Virus record (IMG/VR): IMGVR_UViG_3300036856_000040
Coordinates: 1-45,076 of that record
DNA from: a virus
Taxonomy: Duplodnaviria > Caudoviricetes
Length of the DNA stretch: 45,076 bases
Reading direction: 5' to 3' (one strand)
Shown here: positions 16,069 to 24,261 of the stretch, piece by piece
Layout: every line of letters begins with the position of its first letter
Position numbering within the stretch: position 1 is the stretch's first letter
Notes under the pieces: generated by a model
Told to the model about the DNA's origin: nothing
What the model saw: the letters and a program-made list of their open reading frames with translations, nothing else
The model's database searches: none
Made by a program: the position numbers and the translations under genes

Positions 16069-19000
16069 GTGGCAACACCCACGCTGGTCAACGTCACCGG
16101 CGCGGCCGGAGCGGCCAACTCCCTGACCCAGGTCGTCAGCAACCCCGTCTGGACGGGAAGCGCCACCCCTGCTGGCGATCTCATCCTGCTCTGGGCGACC
16201 GCGATAGCGGCCAGCGACACGTTCACCTGCCCCGGGTTCACCGCGGTGACCGCGTCCACCGGCCAGAACACTTCCGCCCAGCTGCTGTACCGGGTCACGG
16301 ACGGCAGCGAGGGCTCGTCGTTCACGGTGACCGCGTCGGTGACGCACATCCTGAATGTGCACGCGATCGGGATCAGTGGCCAGGCCAGCAGCCCGTTTGA
16401 CCCGTCCACGCCCACCTCGTCCGGGCAGCTGCTGGCGGCGGTCAGCACCACGATCACCGCGACCGGGTTCACCACCAGCAGTAACGGATGCCTGCTGCTG
16501 TGGCTCGGGATGGCCCGGGGTCCTTCCACCCCACCTCCCACGATCACCGTCCCGGGCGGGTTCACCGCATCGTCCCTCGGCCAGGTCAACACCACCGGGA
16601 CCGGTGCGTCCAGCGGGGTTGTGCTGGCCACCGCAACGCAGACGACCGCCGGTGCGACCGGGAGCCCGTCGGGGACGCTGAGCGCCTCCGATGACGGCGG
16701 CGCGCTGCTGCTCGCCATCGCCGGTGCCTCCGGGGCCTCCGGCGCGGCCACGCTGCCCGGCACCGGATCGGTCACCGGCGCAGCCATTCAGCGGGGCGGG
16801 GCCACGCTGTCCGGCGGCGGGTCCGTCAGTGCAGGCCAGGTCGCCACACAGAGCGCCGCACTGGCAGGCACCGGCTCGCTGTCTGCCCTGCCCGGGCTGG
16901 CGCTGCGGTCAGCCGCCGCGGTCACCACGGGCGGCGGGTCAGCGACTCTCGCTGTCCCGGCCCAGCCGGTGGCTGCCGGGGACCTGATCTTCATCTGGGC
17001 GGCGATAGCTTTCCCCGCGCTCAGTTTCAGCGCGGACGCGGGCGACAGCTTCACGGCGGAAACGCCGAACTCCCCGGGCACAACGCAGCTCAGCTCGACG
17101 CTGTTCCACAAGATCGCGGACAGCGGCGACGTGGCCAAGGCCGCGGCCAGCGGCAGCTACACCATCACCCAGGCCGGTTCCAGCCATCCGTTCAGCGCGG
17201 TGATCGGCGTTGTCCCGGTCACCTCCACGGCGCATCCGTTCGACCCATCGGACACCCCCGGTTCCGGTCAGGCGAACACCTCATCCACCGCCGTCACCGC
17301 TGCCGGGATCACCACCGGCACTGCGGGCGACCTGCTGGTCTGGCTCGGCGCTGACCGCGGCCCGTCGGGGGTCACGCCCCCAACGATCACCCCGCCGCCG
17401 GGCTACTCGATTCCCGCCGGGGTCAGCCAGGCCACGTCCAGCGGCACCGGCACGGTCAATACGGGGCTGGTGCTGGCCACAGCGCCTCAGGGGCCGCCTG
17501 GAGCCACGGGCAGCCCGGCCGGGTCGATCGGCACCGCGGAGGTCACCGGCGGGCTCCTGCTGGCGATCAAGGCCGCTCCGGCCGTGCCGCTGCCCGGGGT
17601 CGTCAGCCACCTGGTGGCCGGGGCACCCACCAGCTCCTCGGTCCAGGCGGTCGCGAAGACCAGCGGTGCGACCAGCTGCCGCCTGGCCTACTCCACCCAC
17701 AGCGACATGAGCTCGCCGTCGTTCATCACCGCGCAGACCCCGGACTCGCTGGGTTATGTGCGCTACAGCGTCACCGGCCTGAGCAGCGCGACCCGCTACT
17801 ACGTGCAGGTCGCCGACACCCCCACGGGCGGCATGGAGACGCTGATCGGCACGGTCGGCGCCTGCAAGACGCTTCCGGCGGCCGGGTCGCCGCAGGACTT
17901 CACCGTCGCCCTGGTGTCCTGCATCGCTGAGGCTGACACCACCAGTCCCGCGCAGGACACCGCGATTACCGACTGGATCGGCTACGACGCCGACCTGAAC
18001 ATCTTCACCGGCGACTTCGACTACTCGGGTACGACCAGCACGGACACGCCCACCCAGGTCGGCGTCTACGAATCCCAGATCGCCGACGTCCCGAGCCTGG
18101 CGTCGATGGTGGCCACCCGGTGGGGCTATTACTGCCGGTCCGACCACGAGGCCGGCCCGGACAACGGCGACAGCGATAACGGCTACACGGCCACCAACAT
18201 CGCCGCGGCCCAGCAGGTGTTCCCGTTCGGCACCCTGGGCGACACCACCAACAGCCCAGTTCACGGCCTGTATCAGGCCTGGGTGGTGGGCCGTATCCGG
18301 TTCATCATGATCGACATCCGGAACACTGACCGGAGCCCGGGCGGCAACACCGACAACGGCTCGAAGACGATGCTGGGCTCCACCCAGCTGGCCTGGCTGG
18401 AAAGCCAGCTGATCCAGTCTGAGCCGCTGAAGGTGATCATCTCTGACGTCGCGTGGATGGGCACGGCGTCGATCACCAACGGGCCGGACAAATGGTGGTC
18501 TTACGACACCGAACGGCAGGCGATCCTGTCCTACATCGCGGCCAACGCCGCGCTGGTGCGGAACGTCATGCTGTGGCACGGCGACAGTCACCTGATCGGC
18601 TGCACGCCCGGGGCGAACAACACGTGGGGCGGCTTCCCGGTCTACTGCGCCGCGCCGCTGCTGAACGTCGGCGGCGGCCTCGATACCTCGACGTTCACCA
18701 GCCTGTACACCAACGGCGGCGGGGAGTGCCGGCAGTACGGCCGGATCGCGTTCACTGACGACGGCACCACGATCACGTCGGCGTTCCAGGGCTGGGACGC
18801 GGTGGCCGGGACCGCCCAGGTCTCCCAGACTGACACGTTCAGCACCTCGACGCCGGGCACCGCCACCCTGGGCGGGGCGGGCTCGCTCAGCGCCGGAGGG
18901 TACAGCGCGGGTGCCGCCACCCTGGCCGGTGCCGGATCCCTTCAGGTCCCTGGCGTCCAGGGTGCCGCGGCGGCGCTGGCCGGGACGGGGACGCTGGCCG

Positions 19001-19854
19001 CCCCCGTCGCCCAGCTGCCCGGGACCACTCTCGGAGGCGCCGGGTCGGTCGCCGCCGCGGCAGCCACCCAGCGGGCCGGGGCCAGCCTGGCGGCGGCGGG
19101 CAGCATCAGCGGCGGCACCGCGCAGCGGTCTGGCGGCACGCTCAGCGCCACCGGATCACTGTCCGCGGCAGCCGCCGGGGGCACCTTCGCCACCCTGGCC
19201 GGGACGGGGACGCTGGCCGCGGCGGCAGCCCAGGCCGCGGCGGCCACCCTGACGGGGTCCGGCAGCATCGCCGCGTCTGGCACCTCAACCGGCGCCACGA
19301 TGACCGCCGCGGGCTCACTGTCCGCCCTGGCCGGCCAGCTGGCCGGGGTAACCCTGGCGGGTGCGGGCTCGATCACCGCGCTGGCGGCGGCACGCTCATC
19401 CGCGACGCTGGCGGCCACCGGCCTGATCGGCACCCCCGCGGCCCTCCTGCGGCCTCCAGCGGTCCTCGCGGGGGCCGGATCGGTCACGGGCACCCCCATG
19501 CAGGCCACCGCGGCCGCCCTCGCCGGTACAGCCTCGCTGACGGGCACCGGGACCGTAGGCGGCGGGACGGTCCAGGGTGCGGCGGCCCTCGCTGGCGCGG
19601 GGGTCCTGGCCGCCGCGGCGGCCCAGCGGGCCACGGTGCTGCTCGCCGGGACCGGCTCACTGTCGGCCCTGGCCACCGCCCGGGCCGGTGCGCTCCTCGC
19701 CGCCGCCGGGCTGCTGACCGGGACGGGTGCGGTGCAGCTGCCGTTCACCGTCGGCACCCTGACCGCATCGGATGCCAGCGCGCGGCTCACCGCATCGGAC
19801 GCCCCGCTCGCCGTCATCACGACCACGACGCAGACGACAGGAGGGCCCAGCTAG
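16069..19854 (+). CDS. Large putative virion appendage protein with internal FN3 + PhoD-like phosphatase domain
   Basis: Two ~210-aa N-terminal repeats; GLSSATRYYVQ; GDFDY, SDHE, IDIRNTDR, MLGSTQLAWL, DKWWSYDTER, HGDSH; C-terminal ATLAG(T/A)GSL repeats; no signal peptide. Confidence 0.8.
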   Translation: MATPTLVNVTGAAGAANSLTQVVSNPVWTGSATPAGDLILLWATAIAASDTFTCPGFTAVTASTGQNTSAQLLYRVTDGSEGSSFTVTASVTHILNVHAIGISGQASSPFDPSTPTSSGQLLAAVSTTITATGFTTSSNGCLLLWLGMARGPSTPPPTITVPGGFTASSLGQVNTTGTGASSGVVLATATQTTAGATGSPSGTLSASDDGGALLLAIAGASGASGAATLPGTGSVTGAAIQRGGATLSGGGSVSAGQVATQSAALAGTGSLSALPGLALRSAAAVTTGGGSATLAVPAQPVAAGDLIFIWAAIAFPALSFSADAGDSFTAETPNSPGTTQLSSTLFHKIADSGDVAKAAASGSYTITQAGSSHPFSAVIGVVPVTSTAHPFDPSDTPGSGQANTSSTAVTAAGITTGTAGDLLVWLGADRGPSGVTPPTITPPPGYSIPAGVSQATSSGTGTVNTGLVLATAPQGPPGATGSPAGSIGTAEVTGGLLLAIKAAPAVPLPGVVSHLVAGAPTSSSVQAVAKTSGATSCRLAYSTHSDMSSPSFITAQTPDSLGYVRYSVTGLSSATRYYVQVADTPTGGMETLIGTVGACKTLPAAGSPQDFTVALVSCIAEADTTSPAQDTAITDWIGYDADLNIFTGDFDYSGTTSTDTPTQVGVYESQIADVPSLASMVATRWGYYCRSDHEAGPDNGDSDNGYTATNIAAAQQVFPFGTLGDTTNSPVHGLYQAWVVGRIRFIMIDIRNTDRSPGGNTDNGSKTMLGSTQLAWLESQLIQSEPLKVIISDVAWMGTASITNGPDKWWSYDTERQAILSYIAANAALVRNVMLWHGDSHLIGCTPGANNTWGGFPVYCAAPLLNVGGGLDTSTFTSLYTNGGGECRQYGRIAFTDDGTTITSAFQGWDAVAGTAQVSQTDTFSTSTPGTATLGGAGSLSAGGYSAGAATLAGAGSLQVPGVQGAAAALAGTGTLAAPVAQLPGTTLGGAGSVAAAAATQRAGASLAAAGSISGGTAQRSGGTLSATGSLSAAAAGGTFATLAGTGTLAAAAAQAAAATLTGSGSIAASGTSTGATMTAAGSLSALAGQLAGVTLAGAGSITALAAARSSATLAATGLIGTPAALLRPPAVLAGAGSVTGTPMQATAAALAGTASLTGTGTVGGGTVQGAAALAGAGVLAAAAAQRATVLLAGTGSLSALATARAGALLAAAGLLTGTGAVQLPFTVGTLTASDASARLTASDAPLAVITTTTQTTGGPS

Positions 19855-20750
19855 TGGCCAGGTATCCGCTCGGCGCTCCTGTCACCGTGGACACGACCGT
19901 CCGCGACAGGACCGGCGCGCTGGTCAACGCCGGGACGCTGACCCTGATCGTCAAGCTGATCCAGGCTGACGGCACCTGGCTGACGACCGGCACGTATCCC
20001 AGCCCGGTGAATGATTCGACTGGTACCTATCATCAGGACATCCCGGCCGCTGACCTCACCACGGCAGGCCACTACCAGTACGTCTGGACCAGCACCGGGA
20101 CGGGTGCGGGCGTGTCACCGCCCGCCGAGTTCGACGTCTATGACCCGTGGGAGGTCAGCGTCCTGCCGCTGCAGGACGCCAAGGACGCCCTGAACATCCC
20201 GCAGAGCGTGACCAGCAGCGACGCCGAGATCCAGCAGTACATCGCCACGATCGAGTCGAACCTGGAGCGGATGACGGGCGGCCCGCTGGTGAACCGGTCC
20301 GTCACCGAGCGGGCCGAGCTGACCGGCGATTTCACGGTGCTGCAGGTCCGCCAGCGGCCCCTGGTCAGCGTCACGTCGATCGTGTCAGCCGCGTCGGGGC
20401 AGGCGCTGGACATCTCCGGCGGCCTGGACATCGACACCAATGCGGGCACGGTCCGGCGGAAGCTCGGCTGGCCGTTCTACGGCCCGTACTTCGTCTGGCT
20501 GCCTTCGATGCTGGTCACCTACGTGGCCGGGTGGGGCACGGCGGTCCCGGCCGCGTTCGGCACGGCGTCCCGGATCATCCTGCAGAACCTGTGGGAGACC
20601 CAGCACGGGCCTAGCGCGCGGCCGTCGATGGGCGCGTCGTCGGACATGGTGACCATCCCCGGGTTCGGCTTCGCGATCCCCAATCAGGCCGCTGAGCTGC
20701 TCAACGGCTCCCAGAACGGCGTGCCCTTTATGTGCGAGGCGTACGTCTAG
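19854..20750 (+). CDS. Head-tail adaptor (gp6/gp15-like) with N-terminal Ig-like domain
   Basis: LQDAKDALNI, PLVSVTSI, VTYVAGWG..VPAA, NLWETQ. Confidence 0.75.
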   Translation: MARYPLGAPVTVDTTVRDRTGALVNAGTLTLIVKLIQADGTWLTTGTYPSPVNDSTGTYHQDIPAADLTTAGHYQYVWTSTGTGAGVSPPAEFDVYDPWEVSVLPLQDAKDALNIPQSVTSSDAEIQQYIATIESNLERMTGGPLVNRSVTERAELTGDFTVLQVRQRPLVSVTSIVSAASGQALDISGGLDIDTNAGTVRRKLGWPFYGPYFVWLPSMLVTYVAGWGTAVPAAFGTASRIILQNLWETQHGPSARPSMGASSDMVTIPGFGFAIPNQAAELLNGSQNGVPFMCEAYV

Positions 20751-21244
20751 TGGCCACGGTAACCTCCCGCGTCCCGGCGCTGATCGACTACCTCGTCGAC
20801 CTGTTCACCAGCGCGGCCACCCTCGGCGCGGCCACGCCCCCGGTGACGATTTTCGACGGCCCGCCGACCACCGAACTGGACCCGCCGCTGGCCCTGTACG
20901 TGGGCCTGTCCGACCCGGACAGCGAGGCGGCCGAGCCGGCCGCGGACTTCACCCAGGAGTGGGGCGGCCTCGGCCGTCAGGCCCGCAACGAGACGACGAC
21001 GATCCACTGCTGCGCGCAGGCGTGGGCCGGGACCGACGACCTGAAAACGGTCCGGGTCGCGGTGACGGGGATCGTGGCGGCTGTCGAGGTGCTGATGCAG
21101 TCCGACTCGACCCAGTTCGGCGGGAATGTCCTGTTCCCGGCGCCGGGAGTCGCTACCGGGGCGCTCCTGCAGAACAACACGGACCGGGGCGCTATCGCCC
21201 GCGTCCAGTTCGACCTGATCTTCAGGTCCCGTATCGGGGGCTAG
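20750..21244 (+). CDS. Tail terminator/completion protein
   Basis: SRVPALID, IFDGPP, QEWGGLG.QARNETTTIHC; position before tail tube. Confidence 0.65.
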   Translation: MATVTSRVPALIDYLVDLFTSAATLGAATPPVTIFDGPPTTELDPPLALYVGLSDPDSEAAEPAADFTQEWGGLGRQARNETTTIHCCAQAWAGTDDLKTVRVAVTGIVAAVEVLMQSDSTQFGGNVLFPAPGVATGALLQNNTDRGAIARVQFDLIFRSRIGG

Positions 21245-21765
21245 CGGTGAGGACGCGGACTGCGGCGCTGGTCAGCCTCCCGCCGACAGGTCCGGCATCG
21301 CCGCGCCCCGGCTGGCTCAAGGTAAGTGTTCTCTGGCGTGAACTCGTGCCCGTACTTGCACGCTATCTTGGCCGCGTTTCCTTCGCCTCGATGCACATTG
21401 ATGCGCTGCGGCACTGCTTCCAGGTGTGACGGATTACAGCACGGCTTATTCCGGCACAAGTGGTCGATGACGAGACCTTCAGGTATCGGGCCAGCCGTCA
21501 GTTCGTACGCCACCCGGTGTGCGAGAGCCATGCCCCTGACGCGGCCACCAGGCGCGAACTGGCCGTAGCCCTGGTTTTGCTTGCTGGCTAGCCACTGCCA
21601 GCAATCTTCAGGACCCCGGCGGTCAACCTTGGCCCAGAAGCGCTGGGCCATATCTGGGCGCAGCAATGGACCCGGATTGTGACGGCGCCAATAGCTATAG
21701 CAGGTGCTGCACATTCCCCTCGCCAGGGCGGGGCGTGAGCAATTATCCGTCAGACAGTTATTCAC
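21241..21765 (-). CDS. HNH homing endonuclease, antisense to the tail operon
   Basis: RFWAKVD...CWQW...GYGQF...AHRVAYEL..GPIPEGLVIDHLCRNKPCCNPSHLEAV...CKYGHEFTPENTY...RRCRTC. Confidence 0.9.
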   Translation of the reverse strand: MNNCLTDNCSRPALARGMCSTCYSYWRRHNPGPLLRPDMAQRFWAKVDRRGPEDCWQWLASKQNQGYGQFAPGGRVRGMALAHRVAYELTAGPIPEGLVIDHLCRNKPCCNPSHLEAVPQRINVHRGEGNAAKIACKYGHEFTPENTYLEPAGARRCRTCRREADQRRSPRPHR

Positions 21766-21795
21766 CTTATCCAAGGTACCAGGAGTAGTGATCTC

Positions 21796-22002
21796 GTGCG
21801 CTTTAAAAACGTCAGCGGCGGTGCGCTGGACGTGCCGCTCCTGGGCCGTCTCGTGGAGGACGGGGAGACCGTGGACATCCCCGAGTTCCAGGCGGACGGC
21901 ACGTCGCCGATCGTGGTGCCGGAGAACCGGTGGAAGCCGGTCGCGGACAAGGCATCGAAGGACACGGCCGCGAAGGCTGACGACGGGAAGGCGAACGGCT
22001 GA
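21796..22002 (+). CDS. Small tail-region protein
   Basis: AGGAG SD; MRFKNVSG..LDVP...V.DGE.VDIP. Confidence 0.7.
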   Translation: MRFKNVSGGALDVPLLGRLVEDGETVDIPEFQADGTSPIVVPENRWKPVADKASKDTAAKADDGKANG

Positions 22003-23099
22003 TGCCCACCTACGCATCGGGTCTGTCCGGGCAGGTCGGCGCGGTCGCCGAAACCACCTACGGCACGCCCGTCACGGTCACCCACTTCTACGAGTTCCTA
22101 TCCGAGACGCTGCAATTCGTCCCGGCGTTCCTGGACGGGCAGGGCCTGAAGGCCGGGCAGGCCTACAACCGGTCGAGCCGCACCGTCGTGTCCCAGTTCG
22201 ACGTGAACGGTGACCTGACGATGGAGCACACCTCGGGTGAGGCGGCCACCGCGGTCGCTGACTCGATGGGCTTCTGGTGGAAGTACGCCCTCGGCTCCAC
22301 GGTGACCACCCCGACGCTGGTGCTGGGGACGGCGTACAAGCAGAACCACACGCCGGGCAGCAAGGCCGGCCAGTTCATGACCGTCCAGGTCGGCCGCCCG
22401 CAGATCTCCAGCGTGACCGTGCAGCCGTTCACCTACACGGGCGTGAAGGTGACCGACTGGGAGTTCACCTGCTCGGACAATCAGATCGCGCAGCTGAAGG
22501 TGACGTTCGACGGGCAGACCGAGCTCACCAGCACGGGCCTGGCCACCGCGTCCTACCCGACCCCGAACGGCCTGTTCAGCTTCGCGAACGCCTCGGTGCT
22601 GACGCTCGGCGGGACGGCCAGCACGACCGGCGGTGAGACGACCATCGCCAGCGGCACGTCGATCAGTTCGCGGGTCAGTGGCGTCACGATCACCGGCTCG
22701 ACGCCGATGAAGGTGGACCGCTACGGCCTCGGCAACGCCGGGCTGAAGGGTGAGCCGATCGAGAACGCGATCCCGTCGATCACCGGGACGCTGAGCACGG
22801 AGTTCTTCTCCCGCACCGAGCTGTATGACGTGTTCAAGTCGAACGGGACGCAGCCGCTGCAGATCGACTTCACGAAGTTCGACGCGGCCGGGAACGACGC
22901 CAACGGCGTCTCGGGCGGCCCGAACCCGTACCGGCTGAGCTTCGTGATGCCCGCGGTCAAATTCAAGACCGGAGCAGTGAACATCTCGGGTCCGGACGTG
23001 ATCGCGCAGAGCATCGGCTTCCAGGCCTACGACGACGGCTCCGGCACCAACCCGGTGATCCAGGTGAAGCTCGTGTCGAAGGAGTCGTCCAGCATCTAG
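22002..23099 (+). CDS. Major tail tube protein
   Basis: AETTYGTPVT...EF.SETL, GDLTME, FTYTGVKVTDWEF, ITGTLSTEF. Confidence 0.85.
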   Translation: MPTYASGLSGQVGAVAETTYGTPVTVTHFYEFLSETLQFVPAFLDGQGLKAGQAYNRSSRTVVSQFDVNGDLTMEHTSGEAATAVADSMGFWWKYALGSTVTTPTLVLGTAYKQNHTPGSKAGQFMTVQVGRPQISSVTVQPFTYTGVKVTDWEFTCSDNQIAQLKVTFDGQTELTSTGLATASYPTPNGLFSFANASVLTLGGTASTTGGETTIASGTSISSRVSGVTITGSTPMKVDRYGLGNAGLKGEPIENAIPSITGTLSTEFFSRTELYDVFKSNGTQPLQIDFTKFDAAGNDANGVSGGPNPYRLSFVMPAVKFKTGAVNISGPDVIAQSIGFQAYDDGSGTNPVIQVKLVSKESSSI

Positions 23100-23194
23100 G
23101 ACGTGTGCACCTGGCTGAGCAGGGCCAGGACGATGACGACGAGCGCGACGAAAATGATCACGGTCGCGATGGTCTTGTTGCTGATGCGTCTCAT
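23096..23194 (-). CDS. 32-aa single-pass membrane peptide (antisense moron)
   Basis: MRRISNKTIATVIIFVALVVIVLALLSQVHTS*; GAGGAG SD. Confidence 0.65.
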   Translation of the reverse strand: MRRISNKTIATVIIFVALVVIVLALLSQVHTS

Positions 23195-23232
23195 GGTTCC
23201 CCGCTCCTCGCCGATTCCCTAAGGATTTCTCT

Positions 23233-23616
23233 TTGATAATCACCTATGACGGCCAGGATTACCCGTTCGACCTGGACGAGGTGACGGTCCAGCAGGCCCT
23301 GAAGATCGAGAAGTACATGGGCTGCTCGTTCGCCGAGTGGGGCAAGAAGCTGCAGGCGGGGGAGGACATGGCGGCCCGGCAGGTGCTGGGCTGGCTGATC
23401 CTGCACCCGGCCGGCGACGTGCCGATCGAGGACACCGACTTCAAGCTGGTCGCGCTCGGCAACGCCCTGGACGCGGCGTTCACCGCGGCGGCGGCGAAGG
23501 AGAAGGCCGATGAAGTGCCGGGCCCTACCGCAGCCGCCACGTTGAACGGCCACACGTCACCGGCGGTTTCGTCCCCCGTGAACTTGCTGCAATCCTCGGG
23601 CGAGATCTCGCGCTGA
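23233..23616 (+). CDS. Tail assembly chaperone (gpG-like)
   Basis: Between tail tube and TMP; TTG start after AAGGA. Confidence 0.75.
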   Translation: MIITYDGQDYPFDLDEVTVQQALKIEKYMGCSFAEWGKKLQAGEDMAARQVLGWLILHPAGDVPIEDTDFKLVALGNALDAAFTAAAAKEKADEVPGPTAAATLNGHTSPAVSSPVNLLQSSGEISR

Positions 23617-23759
23617 CCCGCGCCCGGTCCCTGTTCGACCTGGCCCACTACTGCTCGGTGCCACCCCAGCAGGTCAACTCGCTGGCCCTGGTGGATTTCG
23701 CGCATCTGCTGTCCGGCATCAGGAGCCACAGGGCCGCCCGCGCGGTCCCCGAACCGTAG
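23520..23759 (+). CDS. -1 frameshift extension of the tail assembly chaperone (gpGT-like)
   Basis: G GGC CCT heptamer at 23520-23526; -1 frame open to TAG 23757-23759 encoding LFDLAHYCSVPPQQVNSLALVDF. Confidence 0.7.
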   Translation, partial: GPYRSRHVERPHVTGGFVPRELAAILGRDLALTRARSLFDLAHYCSVPPQQVNSLALVDFAHLLSGIRSHRAARAVPEP

Positions 23760-23769
23760 GGGAGGCGCT

Positions 23770-24261
23770 GTGTCGATCGACGGGCCGGGACGGGCTGAGC
23801 TGCGGGACCTGGCGGCGCGGCTGAAGGACGCGGGTGAGGAGGGCAAGGGGTTCCGCAAGGCGCTGCGGAAGCAGCTCGTCGAGGCCGCGAAGCCGATCGC
23901 TAAGAAGATCACCGATCCGGCGCACCTGAACGCCTACCTGCCGGACCACTACGTGACGGTGCTGGCCCCGGACCTTTCCGTCAGTGTGCAGCAGATCCTC
24001 TCGGGCAGTCCTCGCGTGTCGATCAGCGCCCGGACGCGGCGTGAGCGCCGCCGCAAGGTGGCTCACCTCGACCTGGGGCTCATCAACCACCCGGTGTTCG
24101 CCCGGGGGCCGCGCAGTCACTGGACCTGGAAGAACAACCAGACGGGCGGCATGCGGCCGGGGTTCTTCACCGACCCGTGCCGGGACGCCGCACCGGACAT
24201 CCGGGAGCACGTGCTGAAGGCGATCACAGAGACAGCCGCGGAGGTCGCCGGGCATGGCTGA
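23770..24261 (+). CDS. Tail-associated protein (HK97 gp10-like)
   Basis: GGAGG SD; LRDLAARLK, INHPVF, RPGFF. Confidence 0.6.
   Translation: MSIDGPGRAELRDLAARLKDAGEEGKGFRKALRKQLVEAAKPIAKKITDPAHLNAYLPDHYVTVLAPDLSVSVQQILSGSPRVSISARTRRERRRKVAHLDLGLINHPVFARGPRSHWTWKNNQTGGMRPGFFTDPCRDAAPDIREHVLKAITETAAEVAGHG

Noticed and set aside
18850-19740. Ala/Gly repeats as collagen or as a diversity-generating retroelement target
   Set aside because: Not Gly-X-Y; no reverse transcriptase and no adenine-specific TR/VR pair seen.
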